Assembly: GCA_023144635.1 (NCBI GenBank)
Contig: JAGLFH010000037.1
Location: forward strand, 26,489-90,488
Source: Candidatus Auribacterota bacterium
GTDB taxonomy: Bacteria; Auribacterota; JAFGBW01; JAFGJP01
DNA length: 64,000 bases
Reading direction: 5' to 3'
Part shown: positions 55,518-63,941 of the stretch, one piece after another
Layout: each line of letters starts with the position of its first letter
How positions within the stretch are numbered: position 1 is the first letter of the stretch
The notes under the pieces: model-generated
Seen by the model: the letters and a program-made list of their open reading frames with translations, nothing else
What the model was told of the DNA's origin: nothing
Databases searched by the model: none
Program-made: the position numbers and the translations under genes

Positions 55518-55555
55518 CATTTTACAAGGGCGGATTTAGAATCCGCCCCTACACA
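55518..55555 (+). repeat. REP-like hairpin unit
   Basis: ttttacaaGGGCGGATTtagAATCCGCCCctacacac; directly abuts the previous unit. Confidence 0.75.
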
Positions 55556-55670
55556 CTTTTTACTTCTTACTTTTTTCCTCTGATTCTTTTTTATCCTGTA
55601 AATCCTGTCTAAATTTATAATCATCAGCGAAGGCGGAAGACTCCTTGACCTATCACCTATAACCCATTAC

Positions 55671-56951
55671 CTATGACCTGTTTAACTTTTTTATCAATTT
55701 TCTCCAGATCCTAAATTCTTCAGACAACAAAACTATAGCACCAATTAAATAAAATGATGAAAGTATCCAGAAACTTCCCGGACCATTTCCTTTGTAAGAA
55801 GTCTTTTTTTCTGCCATTACAGGACGTGTCATGCAAAAAAGCATGGCTATTTCACCAAGGCATGATGAATCTGCAGCTTTACTTCCCATCAGGCTTGGGA
55901 TAAGACATCCAAAAGGTGTTGGCCATGAAAAAACTGACGCTTCAAGCATTATTGGAACACTTCTATCAAAACGCCCCATTGTACGTGCTGCACCTACTCC
56001 AAATGCCGATGCAACTGTTCCATAACCAAAAAGAACAGGCCCTGAATCTACATCCTCATATAAACCATTATGTTTAATACTGGCCTCACGATAGCCAGCA
56101 AAAAACCGATCTTCCTGCCAGAAATATTTGTCATGCATCTTAAACCACTTATCAGCCGAGATCATATCAAGTTCTGGTACAAACATAAGTATGCCTGAGT
56201 TACCGCACCCTCTAGCAATGCCAAGAGGACGCGCAGTCTTTTCATCTACTATAAAACCTGGGAGACCTTCATTTGTTAGTGAATATTTCTTTAGGACATC
56301 TATTAATTTACTTTTTAAAGCCGAATGGTCTGTTCCTAATAATTTATCTGCTCTAATAATAGATGCAACAGCCCAAACAACATCATTCGGATAGCATTCA
56401 CCCGGATAATCATCAAGCAAATGAGACGGTGCGTTTAAAAGTTCACGACCAAGAGACGTTGTCTGATCATAAAGCATTTTCCGGTAACGCTTATTACCCG
56501 TTACTTTTTCATAGCTTGATAATCCCATTATTAAAAGCATTCTATAAAAAAGATTTTTTTTAGTTAAATATGAGGATCCCCATTTTTCTTTTACCCAATT
56601 TCCTGTTTTAGGATCAGTGATGACATCTGCTGCAATATCTGCTGTTTTTTGTATTAAAAGAGTTATTTCTTTTATCTGACAAGAATCCTTATCTTTTATA
56701 TGGCTTTGTATTTCTTCTGCAGTTAAAAGATAAAAAACAGATCCGAATATAGGCCATTCTGTTCCTGCCACATCTTCAGAATCAACAGATGAAGCAAATC
56801 CTGTTTCCATATATTTTTTTGCCCATTTTTGATAACGATGCGATGTATTTTTAAACCATGGCAAAGTTATTTTTGGAAACTCACCATTCCTGACATTTTT
56901 ATCAAAATATATTTTAAAAGATATTATTGCAGGATATAGAAGCAAAAACAC
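55671..56951 (-). CDS. hypothetical membrane-anchored protein (start uncertain; possible ATT start at 57044)
   Basis: 426-aa ORF from GTG without SD; the frame stays open upstream to the GH17 stop, with AAGGAG 7 nt before an in-frame ATT that would give MKNIFRNLLKQVGVFKLYSQIIFTFFIIFVAV (classic n-region plus TM). Confidence 0.5.
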   Translation of the reverse strand: MFLLLYPAIISFKIYFDKNVRNGEFPKITLPWFKNTSHRYQKWAKKYMETGFASSVDSEDVAGTEWPIFGSVFYLLTAEEIQSHIKDKDSCQIKEITLLIQKTADIAADVITDPKTGNWVKEKWGSSYLTKKNLFYRMLLIMGLSSYEKVTGNKRYRKMLYDQTTSLGRELLNAPSHLLDDYPGECYPNDVVWAVASIIRADKLLGTDHSALKSKLIDVLKKYSLTNEGLPGFIVDEKTARPLGIARGCGNSGILMFVPELDMISADKWFKMHDKYFWQEDRFFAGYREASIKHNGLYEDVDSGPVLFGYGTVASAFGVGAARTMGRFDRSVPIMLEASVFSWPTPFGCLIPSLMGSKAADSSCLGEIAMLFCMTRPVMAEKKTSYKGNGPGSFWILSSFYLIGAIVLLSEEFRIWRKLIKKLNRS

Positions 56952-57047
56952 AGCTACAAAAATTATGAAAAAAGTAAATATGATTTGAGAATATAATTTA
57001 AAAACACCAACTTGTTTTAAAAGGTTTCGAAATATGTTTTTAATTTT

Positions 57048-58091
57048 TTATCTCCTTCCTCGAATCTTTTGATCTTGATTAATGGAAATTATCGGCATTA
57101 TCTCAGGAAAACTATCCGTTTTATCTTTAAGAGTATCTATATAATGCTTCTTCGTGCCATCTGCAAAATATATCCCCCAGTGAGGGCCTACTCGATTTGG
57201 TTCTTTTACTTTATATTCTTCATCAAAAGCAGAAAAAAAGAAGAAATCTATTTTTTCTTTTTTTGCTAATTCTAAAAAACCTTCTAAAAACTTTTTTTGA
57301 TTTTCTATACTTGCTACAGAAGCACCATTTGCATCACCATCACTCGGCCATCCCGTTTCACTGATGATAATTTTTTTAAACTTATACTTGTTTTTGATTT
57401 CCATGAATTTATTAAACGTGTGGTCAATTGCTTTATCAATATCTATTTCTTCCCAATATGGATGAATGTTTAAAAAGATAAAATCTACAGCATGTACAAG
57501 ATCAGGATTATCTCTCCAAATACTCCACGGCTCAGACGTTGTTACAGGACAATCAACCTGCTGCTTAATTCTCTTTATATGTTCTATTACAACTCCCTTC
57601 GCATAACCTTCGGGCCACCCTTTACCAAATCTGAATATACCCTCATTACCAACAACAATAAATGGTATGTTGTTATAAGTATTTGCAATGCGTACAAGGT
57701 TTTCAATTTGCTCATGGTTATTTTTTTCATTATGAGTAAGCCATGCACCTGTAACGACTTCAATGCCAGCATCTGCAGCACATTTTAAAATCTCTTCATG
57801 TCCATGATCTACAGAATAGATCCTTATTATATCTGCAACATGTTTAAGAATCTCCATGTCTTCACAAAGCTGCAAGGAAGAGGGAAAGACTCCCTTGGAA
57901 GGATCCTGACCTTTTCTAAAAGGACCATAATCAATACCAATAATCCTTTTTTCATTATCAGATGCAAAAGAAAAGTTACTATTTGTTAAAAAAAGACCGG
58001 TTGCTAAAATAAAAAAGAAAATAAGGCCGGTCTTTATGCCTTTTAACTTTGAAAAAGACAACTTATTGTTTTTATATATGATAAAATCCAT
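57048..58091 (-). CDS. glycoside hydrolase family 17-like (beta-1,3-glucanase / glucanosyltransferase)
   Basis: 347 aa, signal peptide; IVVGNEG and IIISETGWPSDGD are hallmark GH17 catalytic-Glu motifs. Confidence 0.75.
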   Translation of the reverse strand: MDFIIYKNNKLSFSKLKGIKTGLIFFFILATGLFLTNSNFSFASDNEKRIIGIDYGPFRKGQDPSKGVFPSSLQLCEDMEILKHVADIIRIYSVDHGHEEILKCAADAGIEVVTGAWLTHNEKNNHEQIENLVRIANTYNNIPFIVVGNEGIFRFGKGWPEGYAKGVVIEHIKRIKQQVDCPVTTSEPWSIWRDNPDLVHAVDFIFLNIHPYWEEIDIDKAIDHTFNKFMEIKNKYKFKKIIISETGWPSDGDANGASVASIENQKKFLEGFLELAKKEKIDFFFFSAFDEEYKVKEPNRVGPHWGIYFADGTKKHYIDTLKDKTDSFPEIMPIISINQDQKIRGRR

Positions 58092-58262
58092 TAATTTCCT
58101 CCGGATAATATAATTAAACTATTTTTGTATAATTTATAAATTTTTTTTCCTCTTGGCGAGAAATATTTTACCATTAAAATAAAATAGCTGTTAATAAAAT
58201 AACATATATTGATAAAATACTACAATCAAGGCAGTTACAATACAACTTAAGGCCGGTTGCAT

Positions 58263-58291
58263 TTGACTTTTTTTAAAAAATAGGTTATAAT
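58263..58291 (+). promoter_or_regulatory. candidate sigma70-type promoter upstream of ORF 58314
   Basis: TTGACT (58263-58268), 17-nt spacer, TATAAT (58286-58291). Confidence 0.4.
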
Positions 58292-58313
58292 AGTTTGGAG
58301 TGATAGCAAAAAA

Positions 58314-58667
58314 ATGCCAAAAGTAAGCCTTTCAAAAGAGATAACAGATAATATAGTATGGCCTTTAAAATTACGTTCATACCTGCAAGGCATGGAAGAT
58401 ATTCCTGAAAGTAATATACTCTCAGAAAAATGCTGTTGTTATTTAGGGAAATGGCTTTCAAAAGAAGGTTTAACACACTTTGGGGATATTCAAGAGGTAA
58501 AGGAACTTGAAAAGATACATCTAGAGTTTCACGAATCTCTCAGCAGACTTGTCCATATGAAAAACGAGGGAACAATCTCACTTGCAAAGCAAGAACTTAA
58601 GATAATTGACCCTATAAGCAAAAGAATCATCCACTTGCTTACTACGGTAGAAAGAAAGATCTACTGA
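58314..58667 (+). CDS. hypothetical protein (117 aa)
   Basis: ORF preceded by a consensus-like TTGACT-17-TATAAT promoter and GGAG; no recognisable domain. Confidence 0.4.
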   Translation: MPKVSLSKEITDNIVWPLKLRSYLQGMEDIPESNILSEKCCCYLGKWLSKEGLTHFGDIQEVKELEKIHLEFHESLSRLVHMKNEGTISLAKQELKIIDPISKRIIHLLTTVERKIY

Positions 58668-58812
58668 ATATTTCGCAGCGCAACGAACTACTTAAGTAAT
58701 TTTGTAACCACATCAGGTAAAACAAATTAAAAACTAATTGAGGAAATTGAATATTTCATAAAAATATCCGAAATAATTTTTATTAATTCTTAGTAAATAA
58801 AGACAAAAAAGC

Positions 58813-59928
58813 CTATTTAAATATCAACATAGTCGCAGTTTGATTAATATGGCCTATAAACTCTTCCCCATAAGTACTGAACCCTATTGTAGGGATATCT
58901 GTAAAAAGTTCCCCATAGGCACCAGTAAGATCTTTCTGTTCCAGCTCAAGAGTCCTTAAAATACAGTTAAAATTTATAATACCGCTTATGTTTCCTAATT
59001 CATTTTTTTTATTATCTACAGCTTCTTTTGTATCTTTAATAATATCTGTTGCTTCAAGCAAAGCAAGTTCCATTCCCTCACCAACAGCACAATAGAAAAC
59101 CATACTATTTTCTTTTATCTGCTGAGGACTACGCACAAATATATCATCACCAACAAGAAGGCCGACAGGATTATGCATAAATTTATCACTTACTTTATCA
59201 ACTGTTGTCCCAAGAACTTCAGAATAAACCTCTGCTGCAGGCTTTTCGTTAAACTCAAGTATCTCACGGCTTGCTTCATTTACTTTTGTTGCTTTAAGTA
59301 TTATATCTTTCATGGGGCAAAAACTTTGAGTTTTAATATAATCAAAACCATTGCTTGGTTTTAACAAGACAAGTACTGCTGAATTTGGATATGATTTTCC
59401 ATTTGCATAGACAAATGTTTTTTCAAACTTACAGTCATCGCCTGCAGAACCACCTATAAACATTATGTTTGTACGAACGCCTATTTTATCCATTACCTTT
59501 TCTTCTACTACGCTAAGTCCGTCTATAAGAATAATTCCAACGTATTCCTTGGGCGAAAGATCACTCATCTTTGAGCCCAATTTATTTTCAAAAGAATTAA
59601 AAGCATCTTCTACACTTTTCTCTGCATCTTCGCTGATATTCTCAAGAACCTCGATTTTAACATCACTTATAACTTCTTTATCAAGAGACATTGCAACAAT
59701 ACTGTTTTTTAGCATTTTACCGGATACTATTTCCCCGGCAGTAGAACATCCAAACATATCGGTGTCAGAAAAACTATTTTTCATCTCTTTACTTAAAAGT
59801 TCACCTTCAAATGAAGATGAAGCAAAATACACGATAAGCTTAGGATCAACATTTGAAAAAGTATTTTTGATATCATTTACGGCTTCAGTAACAGACTGCT
59901 TATTAGAATAAGCTGTAATAATACCCAT
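58813..59928 (-). CDS. FIST-domain sensory protein
   Basis: 371 aa; N-terminal LIVYFASSSF...FGCSTAGEI and C-terminal GFSTYGEEFIGHINQTATMLIF resemble FIST_N / FIST_C; AGGAGG SD. Confidence 0.55.
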   Translation of the reverse strand: MGIITAYSNKQSVTEAVNDIKNTFSNVDPKLIVYFASSSFEGELLSKEMKNSFSDTDMFGCSTAGEIVSGKMLKNSIVAMSLDKEVISDVKIEVLENISEDAEKSVEDAFNSFENKLGSKMSDLSPKEYVGIILIDGLSVVEEKVMDKIGVRTNIMFIGGSAGDDCKFEKTFVYANGKSYPNSAVLVLLKPSNGFDYIKTQSFCPMKDIILKATKVNEASREILEFNEKPAAEVYSEVLGTTVDKVSDKFMHNPVGLLVGDDIFVRSPQQIKENSMVFYCAVGEGMELALLEATDIIKDTKEAVDNKKNELGNISGIINFNCILRTLELEQKDLTGAYGELFTDIPTIGFSTYGEEFIGHINQTATMLIFK

Positions 59929-59952
59929 GTGGTGCCTCCTTAATAAGAAAAT

Positions 59953-60162
59953 CTAGTTAAAATCAACTTCTACATCAAAATCCTGAGCAACACTTTTCAG
60001 TTTTTCTAAAACAGCAGGATCATCTGAAGATACTTCAGAATATTTATCAGGATCTATTCCTTTAAGTACAAATTTAGTCTTTAATGTAAGTTTTATAAGA
60101 TCACTTCCGTTTGATTTTTTATCAAGTATCTGATTTATTATTTGTTTGATCCTTCCCGACAT
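59953..60162 (-). CDS. small hypothetical protein (69 aa)
   Basis: ORF track starts at 60189; Met at 60162 follows AGGAGG with 8-nt spacer. Confidence 0.45.
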   Translation of the reverse strand: MSGRIKQIINQILDKKSNGSDLIKLTLKTKFVLKGIDPDKYSEVSSDDPAVLEKLKSVAQDFDVEVDFN

Positions 60163-60269
60163 CCTAATAACCTCCTTAACATTGAACAAACTATGAGCAA
60201 ACTATATATTATCATAAATATCTAAATATTTTTAACTAATTTAATATTTATTTAATTAAACAACTACTA

Positions 60270-60794
60270 CTAATTATTTTTAGCATATTTTTGAGCTAAA
60301 TTATGTTCGGGATAAAATAGTAAACAGAGCTTTAGGTATGTTTTATAGCCTTGCTCATCTTTTAAGGTTTTGGCCATATCTGCCAGATGAAAGTAAGCTC
60401 CGCCTTTCATTTTCCGCATGTATGTTTTATTTAAACATAGATCAATTGATTTAAGATATTGCTTCGCTGCTTCTTCTAATTTACCTTCCTTTTTTAAATT
60501 GGAAGCTTGTTTGTATATATCAGCAGCTCTATTTAATTTTTCTCTATCAATACTTAAAGATGTTGATGCTTTCATTAATAATAAAAAAGCATCATCAATT
60601 GTTACTTTGTTTGTACGGGCAATACCGGCTAGAATATTTTTGATCTCTTCATTGGTTTGTAATTTATAAAGTTCTCCTTCTTTGAATATTTCTAAAGCAT
60701 TTTTAAATTTAGGATCTAAAGCTATTGTAGAAAAATATTTAGAAAAATCTTCTTCTGTTAGATAAATGAAGGATTCTTGATTTATTTTACCCAT
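60270..60794 (-). CDS. hypothetical helical (TPR-like) protein
   Basis: 174-aa ORF; alpha-helical composition; no strong motif. Confidence 0.45.
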   Translation of the reverse strand: MGKINQESFIYLTEEDFSKYFSTIALDPKFKNALEIFKEGELYKLQTNEEIKNILAGIARTNKVTIDDAFLLLMKASTSLSIDREKLNRAADIYKQASNLKKEGKLEEAAKQYLKSIDLCLNKTYMRKMKGGAYFHLADMAKTLKDEQGYKTYLKLCLLFYPEHNLAQKYAKNN

Positions 60795-61104
60795 GAGCTC
60801 TACTATAAAATAAGATCAGTTTTTAGTCAAATACCTATAATAATAATAAACGTATAGGAGTCAAGGGAAGGACACAGAGGGGTTGAGGGAAGAAAAAGAT
60901 AAAAGAAGTGTTGAGTGTTGAGTTAAGGTGCGCAGACGCGCGATATTGTAAAAAAAGAAAAAACAATTTAGCCACGAAGTGGTTCGACTACGCTCACCAT
61001 CCTGAGCAACCTGCAGTGAGCGCAGTCGAACTGAATGAAATGAGTCGAATGGAGACACGAAGAAAAGCAAAAAATAAAATTTGACGGAAAAGGAAAACGT
61101 AAAT

Positions 61105-61557
61105 TCAAGCCTCTAAATCATTTAGCTTTTTCTCTATTTCAATTCTCTCCTGCGTAGATTGAACTAAGGCATCTCCATAAGCCTCAATTGTCGGATTACC
61201 TTTTAAATAAACAGCTATTTTAAAAAGTTCATCTTTATCCATCCATAGACCATTACAAGCATCACATTTATCTAAAATAATGTTGGAATCATAGCCATAA
61301 TTGAAAGTTGTTAATTTACAATTGCATACAGGACAAGATCTCTTAGGGTGATCAACTTGTCTTATAGTTATAGGTTTTTTATGTAATTCTACTTTAGCAA
61401 CAGGAATGTTATTATTTTCCAGTAATAAATATACTATGTATTCTTTTAATCTACGACTATCATCAACCCAAGAGCCATGACAAATTGGACACGTATTAAT
61501 AAAAACACCATTTTTATTATATCTTTTTAATTCAGATTGGCATGATGGGCATTTCAT
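61105..61557 (-). CDS. zinc-ribbon domain protein
   Basis: 150 aa; two CxxC...CxxC units (CPSCQS...CPICHG and CPVCNC...CDACNG). Confidence 0.55.
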   Translation of the reverse strand: MKCPSCQSELKRYNKNGVFINTCPICHGSWVDDSRRLKEYIVYLLLENNNIPVAKVELHKKPITIRQVDHPKRSCPVCNCKLTTFNYGYDSNIILDKCDACNGLWMDKDELFKIAVYLKGNPTIEAYGDALVQSTQERIEIEKKLNDLEA

Positions 61558-61584
61558 ATGATCTTCTTATTTTTTATTCTTTTA

Positions 61585-61833
61585 TTAAATAACAAATTTA
61601 ACGGTAGGAATATCTTTTAAAACATTGAAGATATCAATACGTTCATTTTCACTATTAACGTATGCTTCAATCTTAAACGAAACATACGTTCCTTGGCTAC
61701 TTTGGTTGCTTAGATTTATTTCAAATTTTATATGTTTTAGTTTATTTAAAATTTCTTCTGCTAAAAAAGCTTGATCTGAACCAATAACTTTATATGACCA
61801 TTTACAGGGATAATTTATAATTGGCTTTTTCAT
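61585..61833 (-). CDS. YbeD/UPF0250 (DUF493) family protein
   Basis: 82 aa; YPCKWSYKVIG ... SSQGTYVSFKI ... VKFVI matches the YbeD pattern as remembered. Confidence 0.65.
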   Translation of the reverse strand: MKKPIINYPCKWSYKVIGSDQAFLAEEILNKLKHIKFEINLSNQSSQGTYVSFKIEAYVNSENERIDIFNVLKDIPTVKFVI

Positions 61834-61871
61834 TTTTAATATTATAACTATATAAAAAGGAATAAATTAAT

Positions 61872-62303
61872 CTAGATATTATCGATTAAGGTAAATAATT
61901 CGTATTCTTCTTTTTCTATTAGTCCTGAAAGGCACTTAAAAAATATTTTACTTTCTTTTAAAAAAGAGCTGATATCTTTTTTTATAGCATCAAGATTTTT
62001 CCATCTATTCCTATAATTATTAAACATCTCTCTCATGTTTTCCATTTCATTGTTCAATTTTTTTGCTGCTGATTGTACATCTACATTTTCATGCCCAAGA
62101 GCATCAGAATATATTGTTTTATCTTCTATAATAATATGTGCTGTTATCCTTCCTATTAAAACTAAAACTGCGTTGCTGTTTATAAAAATATCTTTATTAA
62201 ATTCTTCTTCCCTTAATAAAGGTTTTATTTTTGTCATATGAGATAAAATATCGGAATGCTGTTTTCTGAAGATCTCTGTCCTTCTCATGTTACACCTTCC
62301 CAA
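61872..62303 (-). CDS. hypothetical protein (possibly hemerythrin-like)
   Basis: 143 aa; spaced His/Glu residues (QHSDIL, AHIIIED, EKEEYE) suggest a hemerythrin-like bundle; weak. Confidence 0.35.
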   Translation of the reverse strand: MGRCNMRRTEIFRKQHSDILSHMTKIKPLLREEEFNKDIFINSNAVLVLIGRITAHIIIEDKTIYSDALGHENVDVQSAAKKLNNEMENMREMFNNYRNRWKNLDAIKKDISSFLKESKIFFKCLSGLIEKEEYELFTLIDNI

Positions 62304-62528
62304 AGTTGGATGTAAAAAATAGACTTTAAGTAGACCTCATTTACACCTATCTACTAAATCAACACTTAATATTTTACGTCATTCTACATTCAATGTCAAA
62401 CATGATATTGAATAGTTTTAGATTTTAAGCTGAAAAAATACTTAGAAGATTGACTGATGTAATTTGGCAGGACAAATTGCGTTTTGGCTGGTTCAGCCAC
62501 AGGCGGACAACAATTTGTTATCTGGTTT

Positions 62529-63941
62529 TTATACTTTTCTATAAAAAAATCTGCATAACTTTTGCATTAAAAAACTATTCATTTTTTTCATCATCCACAT
62601 TTCCGCAACGCGTTTGCTCAAAAAACCCATAGTAGGAAATGAATGTGCTAAAAATAAAATACTATGTAATCTAATCTTTTTTTGAATTATAAGGGCCCAT
62701 TCATTTATCATTTCTCCTGAACCATCACCAATAATGCTTACGCCAAAAACTTTACCAAAAGAATTTGTGAATACCTTAACAAAACCAACGCCGACATTTT
62801 CCGCAATTGCAGCACCATAATCCTCATATTTTGCAATATGTGTCTCATAGTTAATTCCTTTTCCCTTAATCTCTTCTTCTGTCATTCCAACAGATGAAAC
62901 TTGAGGTTCTGTAAAAACTGTCCATGGAATAACATAATTTTTATATTGGAACAATGCAAAAGGACTTACAGCATTCATAATTGCAAACATGCCTTGATGC
63001 ATTGCAGCGTGAGAAAGCATGACACCACCATTACAATCTCCCACAGCATAAATATGTTTGACGGATGTTCTGTATTTTGCATCAACCTCTATGGCACGCT
63101 TATTGTATTTTACACCTGCATTGTTAAGTTTTAATGCATCAAGATCAACTTTCCTTCCTGCAGCCAGCAGCATTTTCTCAGATTTAAGACAAATGCCATC
63201 CTCTGTGTACAGACATATTTCGTTACCCTCTTTTTTTACGTTTATTATTTTTTTTGAATTATAAACTTCAATACCCTCTTTTTTAAAAACATCTTCGAGT
63301 AAATCGCCTGCTTCTTTGTCACCAAGAGGAATAAGAAAATCATCCATATGTACAATGATGCACTTAGTACCAAGCCTGGTGAACGCCTGAGCCATTTCAC
63401 AACCGATGGCACCACCACCAATTATTGTCATACTTTTAGGGATTTCTGTTAAATCGAATATATTTTTATTAGTAAGAATATCTATATTTGAAAGGCCGTC
63501 AATCGGAGGAACCATAGGTTCAGTGCCCGTTGCAATAAATATCCTTTGGGCAGTAATAGATCTCTCGCCAACCTTAATTGTATGTGAATCTACAAAACTT
63601 GCGGATCCCTCACCCATAATAAGATCCACTTTTTTAAACATCTTCAATGTTTTTTTGTTGGAAATATAGTCTAAATAATCAGCTATTTTTGAGAAAGGAG
63701 ATTTGATGTTTGGTATTTCTCCATTCATCAAGTCCATTTCTTTGAGCTTTGATGATGAGTGTCTGAATTTAGAAATTCTAAGCAGAGATTTGCTGGGTAT
63801 ACACCCTACATTCATACATTCTCCACCAATTTTATCTTTTTCAATTGCACAGACTTTCAGGCCCATTTCCGTCCCCATTATAGAGACAGCCATTCCTGCA
63901 GGACCTAGCCCGATACAAATTAAATCAAAGTCATATTTCAT
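62529..63941 (-). CDS. FAD-dependent pyridine nucleotide-disulfide oxidoreductase (dihydrolipoyl dehydrogenase family)
   Basis: 470 aa; FAD motif ICIGLGPAG, redox-active disulfide GGECMNVGCIPSK, NAD motif IIGGGAIGCE; AAGGAG SD. Confidence 0.8.
   Translation of the reverse strand: MKYDFDLICIGLGPAGMAVSIMGTEMGLKVCAIEKDKIGGECMNVGCIPSKSLLRISKFRHSSSKLKEMDLMNGEIPNIKSPFSKIADYLDYISNKKTLKMFKKVDLIMGEGSASFVDSHTIKVGERSITAQRIFIATGTEPMVPPIDGLSNIDILTNKNIFDLTEIPKSMTIIGGGAIGCEMAQAFTRLGTKCIIVHMDDFLIPLGDKEAGDLLEDVFKKEGIEVYNSKKIINVKKEGNEICLYTEDGICLKSEKMLLAAGRKVDLDALKLNNAGVKYNKRAIEVDAKYRTSVKHIYAVGDCNGGVMLSHAAMHQGMFAIMNAVSPFALFQYKNYVIPWTVFTEPQVSSVGMTEEEIKGKGINYETHIAKYEDYGAAIAENVGVGFVKVFTNSFGKVFGVSIIGDGSGEMINEWALIIQKKIRLHSILFLAHSFPTMGFLSKRVAEMWMMKKMNSFLMQKLCRFFYRKV

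Noticed and set aside
5775-55555. CRISPR array as an explanation for the recurring hairpins
   Set aside because: Units are not regularly spaced, the 'repeat' part (palindrome) is what varies while the short flanks are constant, copies are dispersed in both orientations, and no cas genes are present.
55304-55612. 102- and 70-aa plus-strand ORFs in the 55175-55670 spacer
   Set aside because: Composed of the three REP-like units and other modules; no SD; the same sequences are non-coding elsewhere.
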